The notes beneath the pieces were generated by a model that did not search any database, had not been told where the DNA came from, and was given only the letters and a program-made list of their open reading frames with translations. Below, piece after piece: positions 49,891 to 62,240 of a DNA stretch of 64,000 bases (positions within the stretch are counted from its first letter, which is position 1; the number at the start of each line of letters is the position of its first letter). Both the position numbers and the translations under genes were made by a program. Source of the stretch: the human T2T-CHM13v2.0 reference genome, Homo sapiens; the NCBI RefSeq assembly GCF_009914755.1, contig NC_060930.1. One strand, given 5' to 3'.

Positions 49891-50634
49891 GTCATGGAGG
49901 CTCTTCTTCTGCCTCAAAGTAGAACATTATCTAACCCACATTAGATTAGGTTTAGGTCCAGGGAGCGGTAGAAAAAACTCTTCCTCAACTCTTGGGGCTG
50001 TGTTCATTCCTAGTCCTCGTGCTTGTGACAAATAAACACCTTGGTTGTAGGATTTGGCTTTTTTGTCTGATGAAGTTCTTATACACTTTCCCACCCATCC
50101 CTTCACTGGGCCTTCTCAGGCAACTGGATGGATTGAGAAAGAAAGAGTTGGGAAGGGAAAAGAATATGTCTTTAGGGAAAGAAGCCTATTTTAGGGGTGA
50201 GGAGAAAAGGATAGCTTCCTAGAATGGTGGGGCTAAACTGAAATGCCTGACACCACCCCCTGCTCCCATGTCAGCAGGGAGATGTAGAAATCATTGAGAC
50301 CTAAGCTGCGGCAGCCACCTTGTCAGGAGCTGAGAGAGGCGCTGATAGCCACAGGTGACCTGCAGGATGTTAGTCAGGCTAATGAAGGTATCAAGTGCTC
50401 CTTAGCACCAGAACACAATGCTCCTGGGTCAGAAGGAGAAGAATCGAAGTCATGTTGCCAGGAGAAATATTTTTTGTTCTTATGAGGCTGGACTTTGCTC
50501 TCCTGGGAGAAAACCACTAACGTTTCCTTAGTGGGGTATGTTTGTATTTTTGATAGCTAGTGAGGAAATCAGCCATAGCACTCACTGGTGGGACTAACCT
50601 GGAATCCCAGAAGAAAAAGAGGTGGAGGGGGAGG

Positions 50635-51040
50635 TAGCTGAATCTGCTGAAGCCTATAGACCCAGATTCTAATTTGTAGAAATACAGAAGACAGAGAAAT
50701 ATGTTAAAGACTACCATACTATAAAGATGCAAGCAACAAAAAGCCAAGGACTGGAAAACTGCAAAGAACAGGAATTTAATTCATCGATAAGTTACAAGGG
50801 GAAAAAAAGGGTGGGAAGACATAGATTTTTTTCTTTAATTAGCCAGGCCTGGTGGCATACCCCTGTAGTCCCAGCTATGGGGGAGGCTGAGGTGGGAGGA
50901 TTGCTTGTGCCCAAGAGGTCAAGGTTGTAGTGAGCCATGATCATACCACTACATTCCAGCTTGGGTAAGAGAGTGAGATCTCTATCTCTAAAAAGTAAAT
51001 AAAATAAAATTAAAAAAAAAAGACTTAGAAGACATGTCAC
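50635..51040 (+). mobile_element. second L1ME4-type fragment with an inserted Alu right arm (50837-51021, AluJ/FRAM-like)
   Basis: ctgaatctgctgaagcctatag...; aattagccaggcctggtggcatacccctgtagtcccagc followed by an A-rich tail. Confidence 0.8.
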
Positions 51041-51864
51041 CCTCTCTCACTGAACCAGACAGCACCCTTCCTCCTCTCAACTGGCATAGCTTGAGCAGAG
51101 GAGATGTTCTGAGGACAGAGCTAAGTTAGCTAGACAGAAGGGGAGACTGAGGCTGGGGATGGGATATCCTCTTCCTTCTGGAGGAAGGGATACAGCTCTC
51201 CATGGAGGAGGTGGGAAAATGACCTGGGGGCTTAAAAGAGGAGGCCACTGCAGGAGGACGTCAGGAAACTCGAGAGAGGCCTCTGGGGAGATGTGGCAAC
51301 CATGTGAAGAAACTACTTTTAAATATGTAATTTGAAAAGAGCTTCTGCCCCTTGAACAGAGAGAGCAGTTACTGAGTTGATGAATGAACAGCCTCTTTTC
51401 TCCCCACCTTCTCTGCTCTGACCCTTTAGGGAAAGACTTGTGTCAATAGGAACCTAGTCAGGTTCTGCCATCTTGGGAAGTGAGTACTAAAATATGCCAC
51501 GGGCCCAAGGTCTGCACAGATCCCATTTGGGAGAAGGTGCTTAAAGATGTGGCTCCTGCCCCCACAGTGTCCTGTCTACACCTTCATAGTACTGCAGAGT
51601 GGACCTGATGAGGAACCTGGGGAGGAGGAGGACACTCCGGACAAGGACACAAACCCGTCCCCATCATGTCGCCAAGCAGAGCAGTACCAAATGGAGCATG
51701 GAGGTCCCTACGGCTGACCAAATGGGGTCACCACTGATTAATGGCAGCCCCAGAAAGACCTAGAGGAGGGAAGGCAGGAGCTGAAATACATCCCCATGCT
51801 TGAGAGCTGGGAAAACTGAAGGCCATAATCTCTCCCCTAGAGATTATTAAGAAATAGTTCTGAG

Positions 51865-52216
51865 TGTCTTAGTCCATTTTGTGTCATTGTAACAGAATAC
51901 CACAAATTAGGTAATTTATACAGAACAGATTTATTTCTTACAGTTCTGGAGGCTGGGAAGTCCAAGGCTAAAGGACCTGTATCTGGTGAGGGCATTCTTG
52001 CTGTGTCATCCTATAGTGGAAGGTGGAAAGGCAAGAGAGCAAGAGGGGGGCAAACCCACTTTTATGATGAGCCTACTCTCATGATAATGGCATTAATCCA
52101 CTCATGAGAATTGGATGGCCTGTTCACCTCTTGTTAGGCCCTGCCTCCCAACACTGTTGTATTGGGAATTAAGTTTTCAACACATGAACTTTGGAAGACA
52201 CATTCAAACCATGGCA
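51865..52216 (-). mobile_element. MaLR MST solo LTR (MSTC-like)
   Basis: tgtcttagtccatttt...cattcaaaccatggca; TSD ctgag/ctgaa. Confidence 0.88.
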
Positions 52217-53149
52217 CTGAATAACAGAAAATGAGAGGATGCTGATTCTCCCAGATTAAACTAGTAACATGGTGATAAACTCTCAAAGCCCCTCAATAGT
52301 GCTACAAGCATGGTCTTGCATGTAGTCTCTTGTGGAGGTACAAAGGTGCTCCTTCCCCCAGTCGGACCCAGCCTGGATCCAAGGAACCCCACTTTTACTT
52401 TCAGCTGATGCCTCTGTGCAGTTCAAAAGGCATATAACTGTATGTAGCCCTCTGGGTAAAGGTAATATGTATCTCCCATGGAGGAAGGTAGGGGTTAGAG
52501 AAAGGGCCCATGTACCTAAGGGGGTTTTGGAGCAGGGCAGAAGACTAATCCCACAGGCTCTGGCCGATGGTCCTCCCTGTGTGTCCTCTGCCTTCAGGGG
52601 CTTCCTGGTGTTCCTGTATTTCTTTTCTGAAGCTCAGTGATCTGGGATTTGTTTGAGCAGAAATGGAGACGATGAAGCCAAGCAACAGATATAGGCACGT
52701 TTACTTGGGGAGTAAAGGGAATAAACTGGTACCGGGAATCTGGCAGGCTCTGATGGGGCTTCCACTTAAAGCCTTTTATCTGGATTTCTGTCCAGCCTCT
52801 CCTGCTGCCCTTCCTACTACTCCCACTCCTCCTGGGAATCTGAGCTGTGCAAATAAACCCAACCCTGACTGGGCTGGAAGCAGGCAAGTGACAGAGAACC
52901 AGTGAAAAGGGAAAGAGGCTTCCCGTCTGTCTCCTGGGGCCCTGCGGCTGGAGAAACTGAGGGTGGGGAGATTGGATCACTTCCGCCATGAGGGCTTCAG
53001 CTGCATCCTGTTCTCACAGCCCCCTCCCTCCATCCTGCCCTCTCCAATTTATCTCTGAAGCTGTGTGCATGTCATCTCTAATGGCTAACATTTATTGAGC
53101 ACCTGCTATGTGTGTTCTGGGCACCAGGCCAAATGCTTTACACACTCTA

Positions 53150-53627
53150 GCAGACCGGGCTCTGAGCTGCAAGCAACAGAAACCAACTCTGGCTGATTTA
53201 AACCTAAAAATAATTTACTAAAAACATCTTTGGTTGCTCATAGACTCTCTAAAGGGCCTAAATACCAGGTTTGGGGCTACACACTCAAGAATAACACCCA
53301 AAGTGATGCTGCTGCAAAAATGGTCCACATTTGAACACCACTGCTGCTGGGCTGGCCCTAGGCCTGGAGCTTGCCAGCTGGATGCTGGCCACCAAATTAG
53401 CAGCACAGCCACTGCTGTCCTGGGAACTCTTAAAATGGTTGCAGCAACCAGATATAATTCTTTAGGATCCCCTTGAGTCTTGGGCAGGTGCATCCGAATG
53501 GCAGAGCCAAGTCTTCCATAGTAGAAGGTAGGCTCTGCCACCCACTCTGGTCCCAACATAGGGAGAAATCTCCAGACACAGGGAGAGAGTGAGGTTGGCC
53601 ACAAAGACAGACACCTGTCCACTTCAC
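53150..53627 (-). mobile_element. old MaLR LTR (MLT1N2/O-like) nested in a MIR (53075-53820)
   Basis: gctgcaagcaacagaaaccaactctggctgatttaa...ggcaggtgcatccgaatggcagagcc. Confidence 0.65.
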
Positions 53628-53894
53628 ATGCTTGTTCTTGTTTCTCTCATTTAAATCTTGACGGTGGATATGTCATCCTCACTCATCAGAACAGGTACAT
53701 GAGGGTCAGAAATATTAGCCAAGGATACACAGCTAGTCAGCAGCAGAAAGCCCAGGAGGATTGAGGGCTAACTGACTCCAGAGAGAACATCTCCTAACCC
53801 TAACTCTCTTAAGCCTCCTGTCTGCAGCACTGCCAGACAGAAAGGAGCAGTCTGCAGGAGAAAAATAAAGCAAGACAGAGAGCAAGAGACAGAA

Positions 53895-54112
53895 CATGTT
53901 TGTGTGTCCTGTGTCTGTGAATGTGTGCATGTATGTGTGTGTGAATTGTATGTGTGTCTACATGAGTCTGTGCATGTATGGCTTCCCTGCATTCCCCTGT
54001 TTACAGTTGCGACCCATGCCCCTGAGTGAGAGTATAAGTGTATGTGAATTGTATATGTGTGTTTGCATATGTCAGTATGAGTCTGTGTGTGTAAATATTG
54101 TGTGTGTGTTTG
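53895..54112. repeat. degenerate TG-rich tract interrupted by a 48-bp copy of 55902-55949
   Basis: tgtgtgcatgtatgtgtgtgtg flanks; foreign segment at 53979-54026. Confidence 0.9.
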
Positions 54113-56019
54113 TTGGGAGGGGGTGGGTTCAGGACCTCCCCCTGACCCTGCCCATTTAGGATATCAGGAGCTGACTATAACAGCCATGCCCTATCTACCC
54201 ATTCCAGGGATAAGAGCACGTCTGTACCTAAAGGGGCTCCCTAACTCCGGACTTTATGAAGTTGACCAAAAGGATCTATAAAGAGAACTGAATGCAGGGT
54301 TGGCATTCTAAATCCTTAATACCCTAGTTGCTACTGGCTCTGACCACAACCACACAGCTCCACTCCACATGCTGCTCTGATGCCCACTCTCTCATCAGCA
54401 GCCCTGACAGTGTGCAGTATGGGCTGAATATATAGAAACCACACAAACTCGGAAGGAAACATGGGGTCTTTGAAATCAGTCCCATTGGACTGTGAGTTTC
54501 ATGTCTCTCTTGTTCATCCAAAGGCCCAGGGCTGCCCCATGCTGGCACGTGGCAGGTGCTCAGTTGAATGAATAAATGAGTGGGCAAGTCAGTGAATGAA
54601 TGAATAGGCCTTCTCACTGACAAAGTCACAGTGCCCTGGACCAGCATCACCAGGTGGGTCACCTCCATGATCCTGGTCTGCCTTGACGCCTCTGTTTTCC
54701 AGTCCCCATACGATCCAACAGAGGCTTTGTTCATCTCTTGCTTCCTCTAGCTTTTTCCCATGTCCTGGTATTTGCTTATTCATTTGCTTAAAGCACTCTT
54801 CCAGAGTATGAAATCTGTCCCCATTAGTTTCTATAGGAAGGCTTTGATTCCCTCCAACATGTTCTGGAAATGCTAGACGAGTAGTATAGCAACTCACCAC
54901 ACCTCAAGGAAGATTCCCTGGATGTGCAGCCAGGGAGCAGGGACAGGAGACAGAAAGAGGCTGGATCTGTGGATAGCACAGTGCAGCTCCCCCAAAGCCT
55001 GGACTTAGGGGACTGCAAAGCCCACACAACAACAGGACTGGGCCGTAACTAAGCTGCCATTTTCCTGACTGCACAGTATTTGTGCACACAGCAGTCAAGA
55101 TACCTAGAAGATTAATATTATGTTTGATGCTCAGATGACCTGCTGCAGACCCAGGATCTCATCTCAAGACCTGGAGAAGAATCCAGTCTTTCAGTGAAAG
55201 AAGTTACCTGCTTATTGCATCCCATAATGAGGCAGAGTCCTTGCTCTCTGTTGCCCAGGCATCTCAACCCAGGGCTCTAGGCTTCGGTTTGTGCATCTGG
55301 CCCCCTGCACATCTGGAGTGTTGGAATTCAGAGAGTGCAGCGGCAGCTTCTGCGGGCCCTGCCTGGAGGAAGCCTCAAGAGGGAAGCACTGTTCCAGCCT
55401 CAGAGCCTGCGTGTCTGAGCTCAGTGTAGTTCGAAGCCACCAGCACATGCTGGATTCTTCTCCCCTCTGCCTGGTCCCTCTCTGGTTATTCTTTCTCTTC
55501 TCTCTGCCAGCCCAAGCCTCCTCTGGCAGGAGAGAGGGAGAACTGTGTTGCAGGCAGGGAACTGAAAGGGAGAGGATGTCCCAGAGGAGCTGACAGCTCA
55601 CGACTGTTGCTCACCACAGCAGGGAAGGTTGCCTTCTCCTAGCCAGTTGTGTTTTCTCCTCTTCCAGCCCTCATGCCTGTTTGCTGGGGGGAAAAGTGTC
55701 AGTGTCAAGGCTCAGGCATGTCATCTCCCTTGCTGCCAGCAGGCCTCCCGGTTCCTACCAAAGGGCTGCTGGAGGGGAAAGGCCACCTCAGCTGAGGCGT
55801 GCCTAGGTGAGGGATCCCTATGAAAAGCCAGTGACATCCTCCTGGCCTGGCTTCAAGTCCTCAGGGAGCCACAGCACAGCTCCCTCTCCTCCCACGGATG
55901 CTGGCTTCCCCGCATTGCCCTGTTTACATTTGCAACCCATGCCCCTGAGCTCCCGGTCCTCCCAGAGGCTACAGGACTCGGCAATAAAGGTGGTGACAAA
56001 AGAAGAATTAAAGCAGGCT

Positions 56020-56300
56020 GAGGGGAGCCGGAGCTAGAGAAAGCGCCACTTTACCCAGGGCAGTCAGGGAAGTCTCTCTGTGGAGGTGACACTTGAGCCT
56101 GGAGACCTGCAGGAGGGAAGGGGTGAGCTGGGCGGACACCTGGGAAAGCTCACTCCACAGGGAACAGCGTGTATCACCCACGCAAGGAGGGGTCCAGCTG
56201 GTTGGAAGAGAGCAAGGAGGCTGTGTGGAGTAGCAGGGACAGGGGGGAGGCTGAGGAAATGAGACCAGAGCAGGGCTGAGCAGGTCAGTTGCAGCTTCCA
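56020..56300 (-). mobile_element. L2a fragment
   Basis: gggcagtcagggaagtctctctgtggaggtgacacttgagc...gggaacagcgtgt...agcaaggaggctgtgtgg. Confidence 0.8.
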
Positions 56301-56304
56301 AAAA

Positions 56305-56490
56305 AACCCTTTTAGGCATTTAAGTATCATTAAATTCTCACTCAGACACTCTGAGATAAGTATAATTATTATCCCCATTTTCCAGATGAGGAAACTGAGG
56401 AGGCGAGAGGTTACATATTTCCCACAGATCACAGAGCCAGGATTCAAGCAGTTCTTGCCTGTGGTCTGCACACCAAACTGCTTTGCTACG
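56305..56490 (-). mobile_element. MIR SINE
   Basis: ttatccccattttccagatgaggaaactgaggaggcgagaggtta. Confidence 0.9.
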
Positions 56491-57109
56491 TCACCCGTAA
56501 TAGTAACTCATCCACCTGAGAGTTGGGCAGACACGAATCCCAGTGCTGGACAGCAGCGCAGGATTTCTATGGCCCTGGCAGGTGAATTCTCCTCTGTGTG
56601 CTTCTGTCTCCTCACACGCTGCACCTCACAGGGTCATAGTGAAGGAGGAAGCAGAGATGAGCAGACATGGCATCATATGGTCTGGGGATCATCCTTCCCT
56701 TCCCCACCCCATTTCAGGCAGATGGGGGCAGATTCCAGAAACCAGGGGTAAGGAAGGTCAGTCTGAAATCTGAGGGGGAGTGGGCAGCTCAGCTACAGAA
56801 ACCACAGGGCATGAAGGTGAGGGTTCTGGTGGAGGGCGTGTCTTCCCAGGGTGCCAAGGGGGTGGGTTCCAGAAGGCCTTAGGCCTGGTTCTTCATGGGA
56901 AAGGCTTAGCTCTGAAAGGCAGAACACCCACAGATAAGAGGAAAGAAGAGTGGGTCAAGTGAAGGATTTTCAAATGAAAGGAGACTTGAAGCAGTGGAGA
57001 GAGTGGGAGGGAGATGGGGAGTGTTAGAGACGGTGATAGCAGGTGGGTGTGCTCAGGGCCAGTGTTTGAAATAAGCAGGCGTGGCCCTTGGTTGGCTGTC
57101 CATGCCCCA

Positions 57110-57660
57110 GGTGCAACTACACTCACTGTTTGCAGAGCTTGGCCCTGTGTGTCATTATTTGCAGAGCTTGGAGCTGTTTGCAAAGCTTGTCATTGCCTGT
57201 GTCACCATTTGTAGACCGTGGCACTGTTTGTCATTCTGTGGAGTTTAGTTTTATTTGCAGAGCTTGGTATTATTGGGAGAGGCTAGTACTGTTTGTGTCA
57301 CTGTTTGCAGTACTTGTCGCTGTGTCTGTTGGTGTTATGATGTCGACAGAGCCCATTCCTCCCTATTTCTCTGTTTGCTGAGCCTGTCAATGCTGATGTT
57401 ACTGTCTCTGTGGATGTTCGGGGTCTGTCACAGTCAGAGGTATGGTCTGCAGTGCCCTTCACTTCCTGGGTCCCTGTGTGCAGAGCCTGTCATGGCTGGA
57501 GTTATGGTGTCTGTGCTGTCAGTGTCACAAATGCAGAGGCAGTCTCTCTGTGCAACTCTGTGCTGAGGCTTCTCACTGTTAGTGTCGCTGTCTGCGTCAT
57601 GATTTGCAGAACCCATTGCTGCCTGTGCCTCTGTTGACAGGGTCTCTCACTGTCTATGAC
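57110..57660. repeat. cryptic degenerate tandem array (TGTCA...TGTTTGCAGAGCTTG motif)
   Basis: tttgcag at about 57129, 57158, 57254, 57304 and 57603, with many tgtca. Confidence 0.65.
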
Positions 57661-59208
57661 ACAATAGTGAAACATGATATCACAGAGGAATATTCTTCAC
57701 AACCATATCTGAAGCCTATCTCTGATCCCCAGCAGTCACTGCGCCCCCCACCTGGGACACATACACCACCTTGCCCCATGCTCCCATGCCCTCTGACCAT
57801 TTTTGAATACTGGCCTCTGGAGTCTCGTAAGACCAAACACCCTGCCTCTGCTCCCTGCCATACTTAATGGGCCTCACACCCTGCTTCCTGGAGCTTGATT
57901 TCACTGCGGAGTCCAGGCCTCGTGGATGGCTCTAGACCAAGAGCACAAGCAGATTTACAAAAGAATCAGTGTTGGCAGGAAGGGGAAAAAAATGACATAG
58001 AAAGAGAGGAGCCATCAGGAAAGATGAAAGGGTTTTGCTTCTTCATCTGACGGGTCTTGAAGGCTGTCTTCGGGAGGGAGATGGCTCCTTACGGCAGAGG
58101 GTGTAATTAATTAAGGGTGAGGTGCAGTGAGCTCAGGCAGCTGGTGCAAGTGATAAAGTGGCATTGTGCAGCGAGTCCCCGGTGGTGACGGAGATAAGGG
58201 CCCTGTCACAGGCACGAGGCTTGCTGGTTGCAGCGTGGGGAAGAGGCAGGGGTGTTTCTAGAGGGAAAGGCAGGAACTGGCCAAAACACATTTATGGGTG
58301 AAGCTCTGCCTCCTTCAGACCACAGCACCTTGAAGTTTAATCCCCTGGTGGGAAAGCCGAAAATACCCATTATGCCACTGCTCATTTCTTGTAGACAGAA
58401 ATATAGAAAATGAGAGCATGTGTTGAAGAAAAAAAATCAAAAGGAATGGTTAAAAGAAAGTTTTAAATAACATTTTTAAAAGCATAAGAAACCCATAGAC
58501 TATTTTAAAAAAATAAAGAAAATCCTCATTGAAAGCCAGGAAAAAATGTGTGCTGAGGATCAAAAAGACTGGTTTCTGGAAAGGAAAAAAAAAAAAAACC
58601 CTCTGCATTGCTAACTAGCAGAGAAAAAGAAGTCATGTAAAGATGTAAAGGGAAAGGCATCCTGTAAGTGTATATAATCTATATTATATATTTATATTTT
58701 ATTATTAATTATTTATTACAAGAAAAGAGTGCATGGCAGGTCAGATGTACATTTGAAGTCAAACATCCAGGAAAAGCATCTGAGAATCCCCTTGTGAGGA
58801 ACTCCAAAGCCAGTAATAACAGTTCCTTTAAATAACTTCAAAGTCAGGGAACCAGGTGAAGAATAAGTGGGAGCCCTCAGTGATCACAGTGCAAAAGGTG
58901 CACAAAGAACGAAAAGAGGCTGGTGGACAGGCTCAGCCAAATCTGTGCCAGGGAAGATGGCCCTGAAATCTCCACTCCCAAAATGCCTTTTGATGGTGAG
59001 AGTTGAATGTACAAGATCAAATATTAATGACAATGGTAACTCCTTACATGTACATATTGATTTATGGTTTGCTTTTTTGTTGTTATTGTTTTTACTCACA
59101 TTATCTCATTTAATCTTATCATAACATAGTCTCTAAGATGGGCAGGAAAGGAATTTTTAGTAGCCCCATTCATAGATGCGAAAATTATTATCAAAATTGG
59201 TTATGAAG

Positions 59209-59913
<705 letters not shown>

Positions 59914-59994
59914 TAAGGCAAGAACCTTCAGCTAAATCATGTCAGCATTGGAACATGATCCTAAAACCCAGAGTCTTTATGCAATATCATGCTA

Positions 59995-60240
59995 TCTCAA
60001 TTTGGATTCTTGCAGAAGCTGAGCCTGAGGCAATGATGTGGGTGCAATATCGTTTATTTGGGAGGTGAAGAAAGCACTGAAAGAGGAATGGGACAGTGGA
60101 ACAGGGAAGGGGAGAAACCAAAACAGAGTGAGTGATCAGGCTGGCTAACACCTGGTTCCTAAGGCCCAGTCCTGCAGAGACCTTGGAGCAATAGCATAGC
60201 ACTAACTGTAAGAGTTTTCCTCCTTGAGGGGAACCCAAAT
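59995..60240 (-). mobile_element. LTR16-family ERVL fragment
   Basis: cagaagctgagcctgaggcaatgatgtgggtgcaatatcgtttatttgggagg. Confidence 0.6.
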
Positions 60241-60439
60241 TCTGAATTTCATCCGGAAATCAGTATAAATAGGTCACCATGACCTGTTGGAATCCACTTG
60301 AACCTCCTAAATAAACTCAAGGGTGAACTGTGAAACTGATATCCATGATAAGTTACTTGTTGTTCCAAATACTGCTATGTTTTTTGGGGCTGGTAGACTG
60401 CTAACTATGCCTGCTCCTAATAAGTGGATCCTTGAAATA

Positions 60440-60620
60440 GGAATTATCTGTAAGATAGATACAATAATTATTCTGTAAGATAGGGATTATTGAGCCCACG
60501 TTTGACAGATAGAGAAACTGAGGTTCCAGGAGATTAAATAACTTGCCCAAGATCACAAAGTTATTAAGTAGGGAAAGCTAGATTTGAGTTCTGAACTTCT
60601 AACTCTAAAATCTATACCAC
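60440..60620 (-). mobile_element. MIR SINE
   Basis: gagaaactgaggttccaggagattaaataacttgcccaagatcacaaag. Confidence 0.85.
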
Positions 60621-60621
60621 C

Positions 60622-61185
60622 TGTGTTAGTGAATGTTCTCTGGAGAAACAGAATCAATAGGAAGTATAGATAGGTATAGATATAGAGAGATTTATTACAG
60701 GAATTGGCTCACACGATTATGGAGTCTAAGAAGTCCCACAGTCTGCCCATCTGCAAGCTGGAGAACCAGGCAAGCCAGTGGTGTAATGCATTGGCTTAAA
60801 GTGAGTGGCTTAAAGTCTGAAGGCCTGAGAACCAAGGGAGACAATAATATAAATCCTGGTCTGAGTCCTGAGGCCCAAGAGCCAGGAGCACTGAAGTCCA
60901 AGGACAGGAAAAGATGGATGTTCCAGCTCAAACAGGGAGCAAACTTTCCCTTCCTCCACCTTTTTTGTTTGTTTGTTTGTTTGTTTGTTTTCCTCTCTGG
61001 ACCATCAATAGACTGGTTGATGCCCATCCGCATTGGGGAGGGCAGATCTTCTTAACTTGGCCTATCATTTCAAATGCTGATCTCTTCCAGACTTATCCTC
61101 ACCGACAAACCCAGAAAGAACATTTTACCAGCTATCTGGGCATTCCTTAGCCAAGTCATGTTGACACCTAATGTTAACCATCACA
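60622..61185 (-). mobile_element. MLT2B ERVL solo LTR with internal (TTTG)n
   Basis: tgtgttagt...ggagaaacagaatcaatagg...ggaattggctcacacgattatggag...ttaaccatcaca; TSD ccacc/ccagc. Confidence 0.9.
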
Positions 61186-61919
61186 CCAGCTTTTCCTATA
61201 ACTCACAGAGGTGGTCTTTGGAAACATGAAACAGTAAATTTTACCCCATCCTCGACCAATCCGCTACCCACTGGATAAGAGAAAGTGGGAAAGAATAGAA
61301 ATTGGTTAAAATGCAATTTAGGTCTGTTCCTGGGAGACAGATTGCCATTGAATTTGAGGGGATTTCAAAGAGGGGAGTAAGAAGGGAATTTGAAGCCTGT
61401 CTCAAGCCTGTAAGGATGGCTTCCCTGACACCTGTTCATGACAGAGCTGTGGCCTGGAGAACTGTGGGCCTGCAATAGAATGGGGATTCTAATGGCATAA
61501 GTGTGTGTCTGGGGGTGAGGTCCCGGTGGGCATGAGCATCATGAACATGCAGTGGGGCCAGTGGAGCTGGCCCATAGGGTGGCTCAGATGGAGAGAAGGC
61601 TTGGAATCTGGAGCCAGATAAGAGAGGTAGAAACAATTCTTGGAGTGTCTTGGGGCTGAGTCCTCTCACGCCCACTACTGCCTGCTATACCTCCAGCTCC
61701 ACAGCCCCACCAAGGCCCTTCTGCCTCTCCTACTTTGAATTCTTCTTTTTTTAGAGCAGTAAGCCCGGCACTGAGAGGCAGTAATTGGGGATCTTTTGTT
61801 CCACACAGTCTCTGCCACGCTTGCTCCCAGGGTTGCAAAGTTGCTTTCTACTGCCAGGCACATGGGGTTTGACCTTTTTCATTTATTTGAACACTTACCT
61901 TCCAAATAGGAGAGTGGGG

Positions 61920-62240
61920 TGGAGCGTGGGGGGAGAAAGAGAGAGACAGAGACAGGGTGATAGAGCAGGAGACCTACAGGGAGAGGAACTGAAAGTAAGA
62001 TCAGAGCACTTAGAAAGAAAGAGGCAGGCAGGCTCTGGGAAGGAAAACAGGAAGTGGGAAAAAAAACACTTAACTATGTAAGACTGAGAGGCATCTGGAG
62101 CCCAGAGGAGCTGGAAGGAGACACAGAGCCAGGGAGAGATGGAGAGGATAGACAGGGAGATAACAGAGAGGAGAGCAGACAGATGCAGAAAGAGAGCACA
62201 CATGGGAATCCAAGCAAACTGGGGAGAGAGAATGAAGAGG
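61920..62240. repeat. GA-rich low-complexity region
   Basis: gagagagacagagacagg...gagagatggagaggatagacagggagataacagagag. Confidence 0.7.

Noticed and set aside
58400-58640. A-rich stretch possibly from old L1 ORF2
   Set aside because: Only short motif resemblance (aaaagactggtttctggaaagg); too weak to annotate without an alignment
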